A DNA stretch of 64,000 nucleotides from Octopus vulgaris. Lineage: Eukaryota. The position numbers and the translations under genes are program-made. The notes beneath the pieces were generated by a model that saw nothing but the letters and a program-made list of their open reading frames with translations, searched no databases and was not told the DNA's origin. The stretch covers positions 116,622,001 through 116,686,000 of the forward strand of contig OX597815.1 in NCBI GenBank assembly GCA_951406725.2. Reading direction: 5' to 3'. Position 1 is the first letter of the stretch. Each line of letters begins with the position of its first letter. Positions 13,827 through 28,332 of this stretch are shown in pieces.

Positions 13827-14399
13827 CAATTACAGGTATAATACATATATATAAAGGGTTAGTATTAAGGTAATCTTTCCAGTGGGCCACCGGTTCTGCT
13901 GTCTGCTGTCTTAACAATATGAAATAATTATTTTTACATAATCACAACACCTGAGTGCAAATTTGGGGAAAGGGCTTAGTTGATTAAATCAATTCCAGTA
14001 CTTTACTTGAGGGATACTTTATTTTATTAACCCTGGAAAAATAAAAGGCAAAGTTGACTGCGATGGGATTTGATCTCAAAGTCTTCTGATCTAGAACAAA
14101 TATTGCAAGTAATTTTATTCATTGGTATAATGATTCTACTAACTTACCAATATACAGTATGAATTAGAGAAATTTAAAGCAAATATAGACAAACTAAACA
14201 AAAAAAATAAAAATAAAAATAAAAAACAGACTGAGAGAAAACTGAAATTTAGCAAAGTACAGCACCATGGACATAAACATCATGGGATTAAATAACACTT
14301 CATAAACTAAAAGGATGTGTGTGTGTGTGTTATTGATAATATCTAGAAGAAGATGTTTCTTTTCCACTCACCAAAGTGAACAGAGTTTTGGCCCATAGA

Positions 14400-14592
14400 A
14401 ACTGATGTCATCAGAAAATTTTCAAAAAATCATTGGGTGTTTCAACCCTGAACCATAATACCTTCGCTTTGGTGGGTCAGCAGAAGTGGTCAAATCGCTG
14501 CTCTTCATCTCCTCCTGGCTTCCAGCTTAATTTCTCTTTCTTATTCTATAACCAGCAAGAAGCTCTTTCTGCTGCTTCTTCAATCCTGCACA
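14400..14592 (-). mobile_element. 3' fragment of a HERO/NeSL-like RLE retrotransposon
   Basis: Minus strand reads [15 protein letters not shown]...W, resembling the EAAE(K/R)AS.WLW C-terminal motif, followed by a GAAACACCCAATGA...CTGATGA-type 3' UTR. It abuts a (GATA)n array. Confidence 0.5.
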
Positions 14593-14593
14593 C

Positions 14594-14659
<66 letters not shown>

Positions 14660-14684
14660 GCAGACAGACTGACAGACAGATAGT

Positions 14685-14741
<57 letters not shown>

Positions 14742-14753
14742 TGACAGACAGAC

Positions 14754-14804
<51 letters not shown>

Positions 14805-15261
14805 CAGACAGACTGACAGACAGATAGTTAGATAGATAGATAGATAGATAGATACATACATACATACATACATACATACATACACACACACATACATACA
14901 TACATACATACATACATACATACATACACACATACATACATACATACATACATGAACAGTGTGTGCGAGAGAGAGAGAGAGCAAGAGAGAGAGAGAGAGT
15001 GGGGACAGACAGAAGAACAGACAGACAGATATGATATAATCTGTGATGTACTTTTAGCTCTCCTGAGAAAGTGGTTTAATTATAAGAAAAGGGCTAAAAG
15101 AAAAATATGCAAATATTTAACATATGTGAATATGCTAATATATAACATATAAGTTGATGGTTGTTGAAATCATGAATTATGTATATGAAATTGCTTGCAA
15201 TTTCTTTGGAAAGAAAACACATTATGTGATTGTGTGTCTGGGTGTTTAAATATGTGTATTA

Positions 15262-15306
<45 letters not shown>

Positions 15307-15912
15307 ATAGTTGAAAATGGATGTTACTGTCATTCAAATGGTGTTATTCATTTCTAGTCATCTGTGAAAACCTGTCCAGCTATGAGGAAATATTACCTCG
15401 CTTTGAAACAGGTTAGGGTTGGTGATAGTAAGGGCATCCAGTCATAGAAAATCTGACTTGATGCATGAACTCTGTCTTTTCCATGCAAGTATGGAAAAGT
15501 AAACATTAAAATGATGATGATGATGATATATGTGTGTATTGATATATACTCTCTCTCTCTCACTCTGTATATATATATGTGTGTGTGTGTGCATGTGCGC
15601 TCGTGCACATATAAATGTGTGCATCCTGATGATTTACCAGCCAAGGTGTTTTAAAATGCAAGATTATGTATTTATATATGTTTTGCAGTTTTAATTATGG
15701 TTGTGAAATGAAACAATTGTAGGTGAATAAATTAATTTGTATCCACAAGGTCTTTCCATTTTCATACTTAATAATAATATTTGATATTTTATGATACTTT
15801 ATATAATATATTCATTGAAGAAATACAATATATTTCAAAATACAATATATCAAATCAGTGTATCTTGGATGAAAACATCCCTATAAGAGATCTAAATATC
15901 CTCATAGTGACT

Positions 15913-15955
<43 letters not shown>

Positions 15956-16004
15956 ACAGGGATACTGTCAGATGAAAATCAGTAATAAGTAGAGCAACAA
16001 ATTT

Positions 16005-16179
16005 CGTGCCGGTGGCATGTAAAAAGCACCCACTACACTCATGGAGTGGTTGGCGTTAGGAAAGGCATCCGGCTGTAGAAACACTGCCAGATCAGACTGG
16101 AGCCTGGTGCTGCCTCCTGGCTTGCCAGACCCCGGCAGAACCATCCAACTCATGCTAGCATGGAAAACAGACCTTAAAC

Positions 16180-16212
<33 letters not shown>

Positions 16213-16215
16213 AAT
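16005..16215 (+). mobile_element. RTE-type 3' UTR / short retroposon ending in (GAT)n
   Basis: GAGTGGTTGGCGTTAGGAAAGGCATCC...GCATGGAAAACAGACCTTAAACGATGATGAT. Related copies at about 8770-8980(+), 18027-18400(-), 20512-20700(-), 24155-24430(-), 39930-40222(+), 54950-55495(+) and 62768-63000(-). Confidence 0.7.
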
Positions 16216-16575
16216 GTAGGAGTTCTCAGTGCCCTCTTGCTTAACATAGTCTCCCAGCCCATGACAGAGGAATTTAAGACTTGCTGCCCTTGAGAACCAC
16301 TTTACATGGACAACCGTGTTCTTATAGCTGAATCACTGCCAGAACTATAAAAGAAATTTCAGGTGTGGAAGCACAGTCTGGAATCAAAGGACCTTAGAGT
16401 TAATTTAGTAAAGACCAAAATCCTGGTAAGTAGGAAAACAACCCAATTACTAATCCCTTCAGGGAGATGACCTTGTTTGACCTGTAGAAAAGGTGTAGGC
16501 AAAAATTCCTTTAGGTGTACCCTGTGTCAGCTATGGACACATAAGAAGTGCAGTGGTGCCATAGGAAGGTTAACA
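16216..16575 (+). mobile_element. RTE-clade LINE reverse transcriptase fragment
   Basis: Decayed VLSxLL.IV.Q.MTEEFKT.CP*E.LY(A)D(D).VLIAES...ESKDLRVNLVKTKILV, followed by a Cys-rich CxxC...CxxC.LWTHKKCSG insert. Confidence 0.75.
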
Positions 16576-19544
16576 CTGCTTGAAAAAATTCCACTTAAGG
16601 TTGTCTGACAGGGTTGATTTCCAGGTAACAGTCAGTTTGTTTAGGGCCAATCACATTTTGGATATCGAAGTTTTACACTCTTTTCAGTTAAGGCTATCTC
16701 AGAACTGAGATACTTAGTACTGTCAAGATTTGCAACTAAAGTGGTTTATAAGCAGAATTACACCTGCCACTTTCCAATCACGCATTTACATGTATCATCT
16801 GCAACCAATGTTGCCAAAAAGGATTGGAATATAGTGTCATCATGAGGTCCCTTATTGCAGGTGAAGATGGTCATTATCAGATTAAGGAAGAATGCATTTA
16901 TACACATATGATATGTTTGTGTGTGTGTGTGTGTGATAGATGGTTTTATTTATTGTTCTTTTATCTAGTTTCAGTTCCTATATTTATTGTAATTATCACA
17001 GTGATGTCTGTATTGTTTGAAAGGTATTTTGTGGTGGTTCAGAGATGATAATTTTGTAGGGTGGACATAGATGATAAACTACATCTACATCCATCCAACA
17101 AAATTACTATAGTCTATCCATCTACTCACCCTCTACTTTGTGGATGTCATGTTTAAGGATGCATTGATATACAGCATTGTCAGTTTATGGCTTCTTTATC
17201 ATAGTTTCTCCTCTTAATTTCATCTCTTTCATCTTCTTGCTATGTTTATTTGATCTTAGAAAGAGTTCAGATGATTTATTTCGGCTGGTATTCAGGACAT
17301 TACATTGCATTTTGAAGTTTTGTGAAATTTCTTTCTTAAATAAATATATAATTGATTTCTAATACACACACACACACGTGTATTTGTGTATGTGTATATA
17401 CATATTTGCAATTTTAATGCTTTTCAGCATATGTGTTATTAGACGCATTATCAGTGTGACTAAGCCTATATTTACTAAATTTACTTGGATGTATACCTCT
17501 ATGTTATCATTGCAATTTATTTCTTGGGGTTGATAACAGTATTTTTGCAACGTAGTATATTCTTATTCCATTCCGCATGCTTTTCCTATTGACACTGAGT
17601 CTGTTCTCACGTATGCAAACCGACAAGTTTCAAATTATAATTTCCATTCAGACATAGCTGACTGATACACTTCTACAGTATAATTAAGATAAAGGTTTCC
17701 TTTCTTTTTATTAGCACTAATGTTCAAGAAACCTTTCACCTATATGCTAAACTATTTCCTTTTCATAAGCCCTGAGAGAATTTTGACATACTCTTTTAGA
17801 CACATCATGCAGTGTTCTAGTAATGGTTTAAAATTAATTTAAGTTAATTAAGCTCAGGTTATCAACTTTTGAAGTTTGGTATAAAATTTTAGTGATAAAT
17901 TTTTAAAAGGCTCTCTGTTATTGTTTTCAATGAAATGAGGGTAGGCACACATAGAATCTTAAAAATAGCAATCAATCAACTTCGTAGGAAAACAACAGAA
18001 GGAAAGTTCATTTGTAAATTTTTATAACATCATCATCATCATCATCCTCACCACCATCATCATCATTTAACATCCGTTTTCCATGCTGGCACAGGTTGAA
18101 CGATTTGACAGAAGCTGACCATCTGAAGGGCTGTTCAGGGCTCCAGTTGTCTGTTTTGGCATGGTTTCTACAGCTGGATGCCCTTCCTAATGCCAGCCAC
18201 TTTACAGAGTGTACTGGGTGCATTTATACAGCACCAGTATGAGTACTTTTTACACGGCACCAGCACTTATGAGCCCGCAAGATTAGGGATGCTCAGCTGG
18301 AGAGGGTTGTAAAGGACAAGCCTGGATGCAAGGGTAACCCCACTTTTACTTAGCTTGGTGTGTCTTTTCAAGTATGGCAAACTGCCCGGAGTCTTGGTCC
18401 CCTCATGGTTTCATTTTTCTAAGGATAGAAAATTGTGTTTATACAAATATTAACATTTAAATATTATGTAAATCTTAAAAAGTTCAATAAAGGCGGTGAG
18501 CTGGCAGAAACATTAGCCCGCTGGGTGAAACGCTTAGCAGTATTTCGTCTGAGTTCAAATTCCACTGAGGTCAACTTTACCTTTCATCCTTTCGGGTTGA
18601 TAAATTAAGTACCAGTTGCATACTGGAGTCGGTCTAATCGACTGGCCCCCTCCCCAAAATCTTCGGACTTTGTGCCTAGAGTAGAAACGAATATTTAACA
18701 AGCTGGCAGAATTGTTAGTGTGCTGGCAAAATGCTTAGTGGCATTTTATTTGTCTTTATGTTCTGAGTTCAAATTCCACTGAAGTCGACTTTGCCTTTCC
18801 TCCCTTCGGGGTCAATAAAATAAGTAGCAGTTGCAAAATGGAGGTGATGTAACCAACTTACCCTCTCCGCCAAATTTGCTAGCCTTGGGTCAAAAATTGA
18901 AACCAATATTTAAAAATTTGTTCTCAAGATGCAATACTGATAGGAGAATTGAAAAATATAATTGTACACTAAAAGCCTTATGATGTAATGTGTGATAGAA
19001 ATGTTATAGTACTAATGAGTGTTGCTTAAACAACTATGAATGCATATCTGATGTATGGAGTTTTCTCCAGGATTTGTATCAAAGAGATGCAAGCATGAGC
19101 TTCTGTGATGGTTATTCAAATCTCTGAATGATTAGATTTTTTTAGTTCTCTTATAATTGAACAGTGCTGTATAGAGGCTAAAAAGACAGTAACTGGTCAA
19201 TTTTCAAAATTAATATCTAATCAGTTAACTCTTGTGATTGTATCACATCACATGACTGCCTGGAATTCTATTCACTCATACATCTGATTCACAAAACATT
19301 TTAAGAAAAAGGTGTGAAATCTATTATCATAACTGTGTTCAATATGAGTTTAAAGTTCTGTACCTTATTTACATGGCTAAGCAACTTGACAATGTGCATG
19401 TGGGAGTGAGTGTGTAATATCTTGCATACATAAAAGCCACTACAAGTTGAAACCATATCTAAAGATACTGGAAGAATAATCAGCTAAAGTATATTTCATA
19501 AATGCAATACTAATTTTATAATTTATATGCATTTCATTTTTGAA

Positions 19545-19785
19545 TTTGGTTTGCAAGATTCTTTATATGAGTTTGTGTGTTGAAGCATATTCTGTTGTGT
19601 CTGGGGATAGTCATTTTCTTTTTGTGCCTCACCAGTAAAATTTCAAGACTATTGAAAAGGTTACAAGATGCAACGAAAATTTTAGGAAAATAAAAATAAG
19701 AAATAAGTGGAAATTTTACCAGTGAGTGTGTTACATTATAAGGCACAAAAAGAAAATGACTCTCCCCAGACACAACAGAATTTAT
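19545..19785. repeat. Partial inverted repeat of a dispersed (Penelope-like) family; related copy at about 29715-29908
   Basis: 19590-19629 is the near reverse complement of 19741-19781. 29720-29905 shares both blocks. Confidence 0.6.
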
Positions 19786-20451
19786 ATGCAGTTTTACCAA
19801 AATTTTTCGCTACTTGTAAATACTTTGATCTGCAGGGTAAAAGTTCCTCTCCAAGATGCTGAGATTCCATAAGAAAAAACCAGTTATACTTTTATGGAAG
19901 ACAGGCAGTTGCCTATGCCTGCAAAAATTCTCACTCCATGTTACTGATGTTTATCCAAGGGAAGGGCATAGGATGATACAACTTGGCATCAGTTTCTGGC
20001 TTTGCAGGTGTTACCCTCAAAACACAAAATAGCTACAAGAGATATGTTACAGCATCTTGTCTGATGTTCTATCAATTCTGCCAATCTACATTCAAGATTT
20101 GTATTTTGTTTACCAATCCCTGAAAAGACAAAAGACAATGATAACCTCAGCAGGACTTCAAAATCATAACACAGAAAGTTGGAAGAAATTCAGCAAGGCA
20201 TTCTATCTCATGTTAATAATTTTGCCAAATTGCTATTTAAAATTTTTTTTCTTCTTTTTCTAGATAAGTGGCATATTTACTAGTATTTGAAACAGGTATT
20301 GCTGTGTGGTTGCTTCGCAATCATATGATTTGGGGCTCAATTCCACAGCACAACACTTTGGAAAAGTGTTTTCTACTATAGCCCTGGGTTGAGCTAAGCC
20401 TTGGGAGAGGATTTGGTAGATAGAAACTGAAAGTAGCCCATCATGAGTGTG

Positions 20452-20506
<55 letters not shown>

Positions 20507-20809
20507 TATATCATCATCATCATTGTTTAACGTCCGTTTTCCATGCTAGCATGGGTTGGACGGTTCGACTGGGGTCTGGGAAGCCAGGAGGCTGCACCAG
20601 GTTCCAGTCTGATCTGGCAGTGTTTCTACAGCTGGATGCCCTTCCTAACGCCAACCACTCAGTGAGTGTAGTGGGTGCTTTTTACGTGCCACCGGCACAG
20701 GTGCTAGGGGAGGCTGATATATATATATCTATATGTATGTATACATATAGTAATATATTGCACACATGCACATATGCATGTATGTAGGAATGTGCATCTA
20801 TGTATCTGT

Positions 20810-20872
<63 letters not shown>

Positions 20873-21119
20873 TGTCTGCCTCTGTGTGTGTTTGCGTTTG
20901 TGTCCCTCCTTGTCTTGAAATCATGTAGTGGTTTTAAATGAGTGTTGTTCCTTTCCAGTCTTCCACAAAAACCATGTTCAACCATGAGGAAATATCATCT
21001 CGCTTGGAAACAGTTGAAGGTTGGTGACAGAAAGGGCATCCAACTATAGAAAACTTTGCCCCAACATACTTTCAGCTGACCCATGTAAGCATGCAAAAGT
21101 ATATGTTAAAACAAAGATG

Positions 21120-21150
<31 letters not shown>

Positions 21151-21737
21151 CAATGACAATGATGACGACGATGATGGAGGATTTCATAGACCTACAAGCT
21201 GTTTTTTTATAACACTAGTCTTGAATTTGGTCTCACATAAAACTTTTATACACATACTTGCCAATTCACTTCTAGATATGATGACATCAGCAATATCACC
21301 GTCTCAGTAAAACACTACTTTGTCTAGTTTCTACTTCTGCTAGTCTAACTTATTCCAGAATTTACTGCGGTATATGGGACATACCCCATTCCCATCATTA
21401 TTTATGATATTCACCGATGTTTCTTGAGATTCTTTGTACTCTGTAATGCAAGTAATTCAGTTGTAATACATCGTATATGTGTATACCCACTCCCACCACA
21501 TCAATCCCTGCTAAATGTGTTTCGAACGACGTTGGCGTCACCAAAAAGATAACGGTAATAAATACAGATATGGAAATAAAATAAAAGGATAAATAAATAA
21601 ATAAAAACAATCAAATGCCCACAAACATCACCATTATCACACACAGATGCCACACCCTTACATACATACACACATACATGTATATATGCATGCATGTATA
21701 CTGTATGTATGTTCATGTGTGTATGTATGTGTGTTGT

Positions 21738-21776
<39 letters not shown>

Positions 21777-21810
21777 GTGTGTGTGTGTGTGCATTGTATA
21801 CATTTATGCT

Positions 21811-21869
<59 letters not shown>

Positions 21870-21952
21870 ATGAATAACCACATACTTACATACCTACTTA
21901 TACTTCCATGGATATATACATATGTACATATATATATACACACATATGTACG

Positions 21953-22374
<422 letters not shown>

Positions 22375-22662
22375 GCTCACATATGCTTGACATGAAAAAC
22401 ACACTAGACACATGCCATGCTGTCTTTCTAGTGAAACAGACAGATCCCATGGGAGTGTAAATAATGATCATTCACCAGATATATTTTCTATAGATCTGTA
22501 TATGATGATGTAAGCCTTAGTTCTGCAAAATTACCAGCCTATGTAATCAGTTTCAAACCAGGTGACACTGGGTTTTTTTTTTGTTTTTCTTTTTGTTTCT
22601 TCAAAACAAAACTCATATTCTTCCATCTATTCTGCTATAGAATCTACATAATTTCTCCTCAG

Positions 22663-22835
22663 ATAGGCGTAGGAGTGGCTGTGTGGTAAGTAGCATGCTT
22701 ACGAACTACATGGTTTCGAGTTCAGTCCCACAATGTGGCACCTCGAGCAAGTGTCTTCTACTATAGTCTCGGGCCGACCAAAGCCTTGTGAGTGAATTTG
22801 GTAGAGCGAAACTGAAAGAAGCCTGTCGTATATAT

Positions 22836-22873
<38 letters not shown>

Positions 22874-23085
22874 ATATGTTTGTGTGTCTATGTTTATCCC
22901 CCCAACATCGCTTGACAACCGATGCTGGTGTGTTTACGTCGCCATAACTTAGAGGTTTGGCAAAAGAGACCGATAGAATAAGTACTAGGCTTACAAAGAA
23001 TAAGGGGTCGATTTGCTTGACTAAAGGCGGTGCTGCAGTATGGCCACAGTCAAATGACTGAAACAAGTAAAAGAGAATAAAAGAG
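22663..23085 (+). mobile_element. tRNA-derived SINE family A (~400 bp, internal (TA)n(TG)n microsatellite), well-preserved copy
   Basis: A-box-like TGGCTGTGTGG and B-box-like GTTCAGTCCC in the head. Conserved core GCAAGTGTCTTCTACTATAG...GTGAATTTGGTAG and tail ATGACTGAAACAAGTAAAAGAG. Confidence 0.85.
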
Positions 23086-23586
23086 ATATTTCACCATCAT
23101 CATTTAATGCCCCCTTTTTCACTCTTGCATGGGTCTGATGGAATTTATTGAGGCAGATTTTCTATGGCTGGAGCCATTCCTGCTATCAATATATCTAGGT
23201 TTTCTTTAGATTTTCTGTGTACTGTATCAACCTATTATAACTTACAGCAGAGTCAAGGAAACAATAAAAAAAATTTCTGTCTGTAATATTTTCTTTTTTT
23301 ACTTGTGAAACTAAATATTAATTGTTGTTGCTTATATCCTAAGAATTTAGAAATCTCAGGCAATGTGAAATAAATAATTTTTAATGTAGGAACTTGAAGG
23401 AGATAAAGCTATAAACCCTGGGACACAGCTGGTACTAATTTCATTGACTCTGAAAGGATGAAAAGCAAAGTTGACCTCAGCAGAATTTGAATTCAGAACA
23501 TAATGTCACTAAGCATTTTGCCCAGCATGTTAATGAATCTGTTTAAAAAGCTATAAATATATGTATATGTGCATTGTATACATTTA

Positions 23587-23644
<58 letters not shown>

Positions 23645-23656
23645 TAGATAGATAAT

Positions 23657-23687
<31 letters not shown>

Positions 23688-23850
23688 GGCATAGAAGTGG
23701 CTGTGTGGTAAGTAGCTTGCTTACCAACCACATGGTTCCAGGTTCAGTCTCACTGCATGGCACCTTGGGCAAGTATCTTCTACTATAGCCTCGGGCCAAC
23801 CAAAGCCTTCTGAGCGGATTTGGTAGGCAGAAACTGAAAGAAGCCTGTCG

Positions 23851-23883
<33 letters not shown>

Positions 23884-26800
23884 GTGTGTGTGTTTGTGTG
23901 TGTATATGTATGTTTGTGTGTCTGTGTTTGTCCCCCCCCCCCCAACATCGCTTGACAACTGATGCTGGTGTGTTTACTTCCCTGATGCTGGTGTGTTTAC
24001 TAGCAGTTCGGCAAAAGAGACCGATAGAATAAATACTAGGCTTACAAAGAATAAGTCCTGGGGTCGATTTGCTCGACTAAAGGCAGTGCTCCAGCATGGC
24101 CGCAGTCAAATGACAGAAACAAATAAAAAGAGTAAAAAGAAAAAGAGATATATATCATCATCATCGTCATTGTTTAACGTCCATTTTCTATGCTGGCATG
24201 GGTTGAACAGTTGACGGGGGACTGGCAAGCCAGTAGGGTGTGTCAGGCTCCAATCTGACCAGGCAAGGTTTCTAATCTGATCTGGCACTGGCATTGACCC
24301 ACGCTTGAGTGGTGCTTATTATGTGCCACCAGCACGGGTGACTATCAGGTGGCACTGTCATTGGCTACAACTACAATTTCCATTTTGATTTTGATCTTGA
24401 TTTGCTTTTGATTCTGATTTTTGATTTTTGATCAATATTTGTGTGTGTGTGTGTGTGTGTGTTTGCACGTGTATACACATATATATGTGTGTATGAATAC
24501 ATGTACTTATGTATGTGTGTATGTATGTAAGGGTGAGGTATCTGTGTGTGATAATGGTGATGTGTGTGGGCATGAGATTATTTTTATTTATTTATTTGTC
24601 CTTTTACTTTTATTTCCATATCTGTATTTATTACTGTTATTGTTTTGGTGACACCTTTTGGATCATGAGCAGTTATCGACTTTTCCACTCAAAGGTTTTT
24701 TTAACCCAATGCTATTATTTATAGCTTTATCTACTTCAAGTTCCACTGCTAAAATGATTCATCAATTAATATATTTTATTGACCCTGAAAGGATGGAAAA
24801 AAAAGTTGATCTCAGTAAGCTTTGGACTTACTAAGTGCAGAGAACTGAAACAAATACTGTAACACATTCTATCCAACAATCGATTGACTGCTCTGCCAAT
24901 TTGATGCCAATCCAAAGCAGTGTATTGGTAGAAATGTTGAAGTTGATTTGCAGTATCAGTTCTGGTTGTTTACATTCTGAGAGCAATACTTGTGATGTCA
25001 TTGGTGCCAGACTGTATCAGCCCAAGTCAGTATCCTTTCCTTTGGACAAACATTGCAAGAGCAGAGAGAGTAGATTTACCTGCAAGTCCAAATGCTGATC
25101 TTTATCAAGAAATTTTGCCCAGGCCTGCAGATACACAGTCAACCATAACTGATTGAAGCCTTAAGTAATTAATATAGATTTATCCTTATTTATCACTGAT
25201 TCATTAATCACTGATCCAGGATAACTCTGTACACTTAATTATTACATATGCTTATCCCAAATTGATCTGTGATAACACTGTCAGCAATCAGTCAAAGATT
25301 CTGCTTGGACCACAAAAGCACACTCCAGTGACCATCCACAATACTCAGGATACCTTGGGGGTCTTGGAATGAAACCTATTTTTCTCATGTGTTCTATTAT
25401 TCATTTATCACTGTTTCATTTAATGCAGTATTTCATTGGAACCAAACTACTATGATAAAACAAAGATAAATGTATAATGTTTATCATCTTCAAAATGAAC
25501 AGTATTTCTTATTTCTTTCATCTTTTAATAAAGAAGAACATTTGGCTCTTATCTAAGAGATCTTTCACCTGTTCACTGCTCATCTTTCTATTAAAAATTA
25601 TTTTCTAAAACGATCTCACTGTCTTTTTATGGATATTTGAAGCTAAGATTCTTTCTACAATATCAGATAATCTGCTTTCCTCAGTGCAGTGTGAAAACTG
25701 AGAAACTTAAAATAAAGCTTACATTAGATAAGAATGTGAAACAGGGCGGAAGATAAGCTGGTGAAATGCTAAAATGAACCACAAAAAATGTTTCTTGTCA
25801 ATTCTGCCAGAGTATCAGTTTCCATTCATTGTTTAATGGAGACTAACGTTGTTAGAAAAACAAAAGTTTGCAATTTCTATCAGCTTTAAATAAACTGTTG
25901 TACTTAGAAAATCAAAATGGTAGATTTGAATTCATGCTATTAGATAGATATTGAAAAAGTAAAGGAATTATATTGAAAATTAATGAAAATACATAAAAAT
26001 AGATGTTTATTTTTAATTAGTTCAACTTTCTAAACACTCTTACTGTATTTATTTTGCTAAGTAATGAAGTAGAAGGATATTTATAACACATTGCGCCAAA
26101 ATCAAATTAATCTAAAAAAAAATAAATAAATCAAATAAAGTAATTATAATACATATAAAATGAAATATAAATAAATTATAAAATAAAATAAAAGCAACAA
26201 TGACAAAAGCAATATATTTCAAACATCCCAACTTAAATTATCATTGGGGAAGAATTTAAACAAGGATTGTTGTCAAAATTTCTACTGTAAAAAATGCTGA
26301 AATATTTTTAGAAGCAAAATTAACATCTTTGTGTCCTTCAAAAATTCCATGCTTCCTGAAATTCACCAACACTAGTTCTGATGCGTCTCTACACCTCTTT
26401 CTATTTATAGTTTTTTACTATTCACTTTTCTGTCTTTCTATGTTTTATCCTCTGTATTGTATTTGTATTTTTGTCTGATACCCAAACAAGCTATAGAACT
26501 TGGTTCTTTGGTATTTAACAACCATCTCTCTGTGAAATTGTTAGTCATGTGCTTGCACTATTTCTCTCTAGAAAAGAAATGGTTATGTTCAGATGCATTG
26601 TGTGAATGGGTTCCATCAGGTTTTAAAAGCCCACAACATGCTATTCAGGTTGCAAGAAAAAAAGAATTAAATTATTTATTTATTTATTTATTTGTGAATC
26701 CAAGAATCAAGAGATTTATAGTAATTATTGATGTCTTAGTGCCTTGCATTTTGCACTGTTTTCTTATTTTGAAAACAGCAAATTTTGAAACTTTCAGCAT

Positions 26801-28332
26801 CTGTGTTTTTGGTACTGCTATGGCCATGTGGTTAAAAAGCTTATTTGCAACCATTTGGTCTCAGGTTCAGTTCCATTGTCCCTTCAAGCTCTGATACCTG
26901 GACAAGTTATCAGGAACAGCACTATAAGCTGAAAATGTGTCACAATATATATTTGAGGAAAATATCCTGTAGAGGGGCAGAGATGGCTAAGTGATTAAGA
27001 ATTTTGCTTCTCAAACAGGTGGCCTTAGGTGCAGTACTCCTGCACAGCAACTTGGGCCAACCAAAGCCTTGTTGGTAGATGGATTTGGTAGATGGAAACT
27101 GGAAGAAGTTTGAAAATAGAAATAATACATTTCTAAATCTCCCGGAGAGATTTATGCAGAGAGATTAATGTACAAATTAGCCGATCGATTTCTCTTTCAG
27201 AAAATCCCAGTTTATCCAGATTCTCCTAGTGTTCAAATTATTATTGGTGTATGTATGTATGTATGTATGTATGTATGTATGTATGTATGTATGTATGTAT
27301 GTATGTATGTATGCATGTATGTATGCATGTATGTATGTATGTGTGTGTATGTATATGCATGCATATGACACATGCATGTGTATGTATGCATTTCTGTGTA
27401 CCCTTCTCTAGACATCACATGGTGGTTGTAAACAAGGCTCACTGTCATACAAGTAATATTATTTTCAGTCTTTCATGCAAAACATGTCTGGTTATGGGAA
27501 AACATTAACTTGCTTGGAAAATATCATGTTCCATCTGACCCATGGAAGCATGGAAAAGTACATATTAAAGGATGATGGTTATATGCCTAGAGAAGAACTT
27601 GTGTAGATCCTGAGGCAGAATAGATGGGAGAATATAAGTGTATATAAGTGTGTTCAGACAAAAACAACCCCAGTATCACCTGCTTTGAAACTGATTACGT
27701 CAGCTTCAATAAGCTGATTAAGTTGGATGTGTTGGTGGTGGTGGTGGTGATGATGATGATGATGATGACATCTTATTCTAAAATCTCAAAACCAAGAAAT
27801 AATGAACTGAATGAATCAATCTAGAATTAGGAAATTAGGAAATTCTAGATTTAATGTGTAAAGTTAATTATATGTCATTCTTAAATAGAATATTATTTAT
27901 AATTAGATTTAGAAATTGTAATTAGGCATGTAATTTTGATAGTAAGGTCTTCTTTTAAGAACGCTTGCAAGATAAAGGCGAAATACTTCAGACAGAAGAA
28001 TTATATTGCACTGAATTTGTCTGGAACTTACTGTTTATACTCCATGGTTCCCATAACAACCACCATGACAAAGCTGACGACGACGACGACCACCACCACC
28101 ACCACCATTACCACCACTGCCACTACCCACCAAATGATAAGAATGATAATTCGTTTCTCTCTTTTGACACATAGATAAAAGGAAGTAAAAATGTAGCCAA
28201 TTCTAAACAGCAAATACAGAAATGGCCCCATTAATCACAAATATACAGAAAATTACATAATGCAAAATAATGTACAAATATATATAGATAATATAAATAT
28301 GTTTATATAAATATTATATATATATATATATA

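Noticed and set aside
19640-19690. Possible hammerhead in the 19545-19785 / 29715-29908 repeat family
   Set aside because: A stem II-like hairpin and GAAA are present, but no credible CUGANGA core or stem I can be drawn.
21380-21670. Dispersed repeat (inverted partial copy at about 24520-24655) considered as exon or ribozyme
   Set aside because: No open spliceable frame with recognisable protein and no complete ribozyme fold; left as an unclassified repeat.
22670-22745. tRNA-like sequences with A/B boxes
   Set aside because: These are SINE heads with no complete cloverleaf, always followed by the SINE core.
26457-26894. 145-aa ORF
   Set aside because: Non-ATG start, includes (TTTA)n, runs into a SINE head, and has no recognisable homology.
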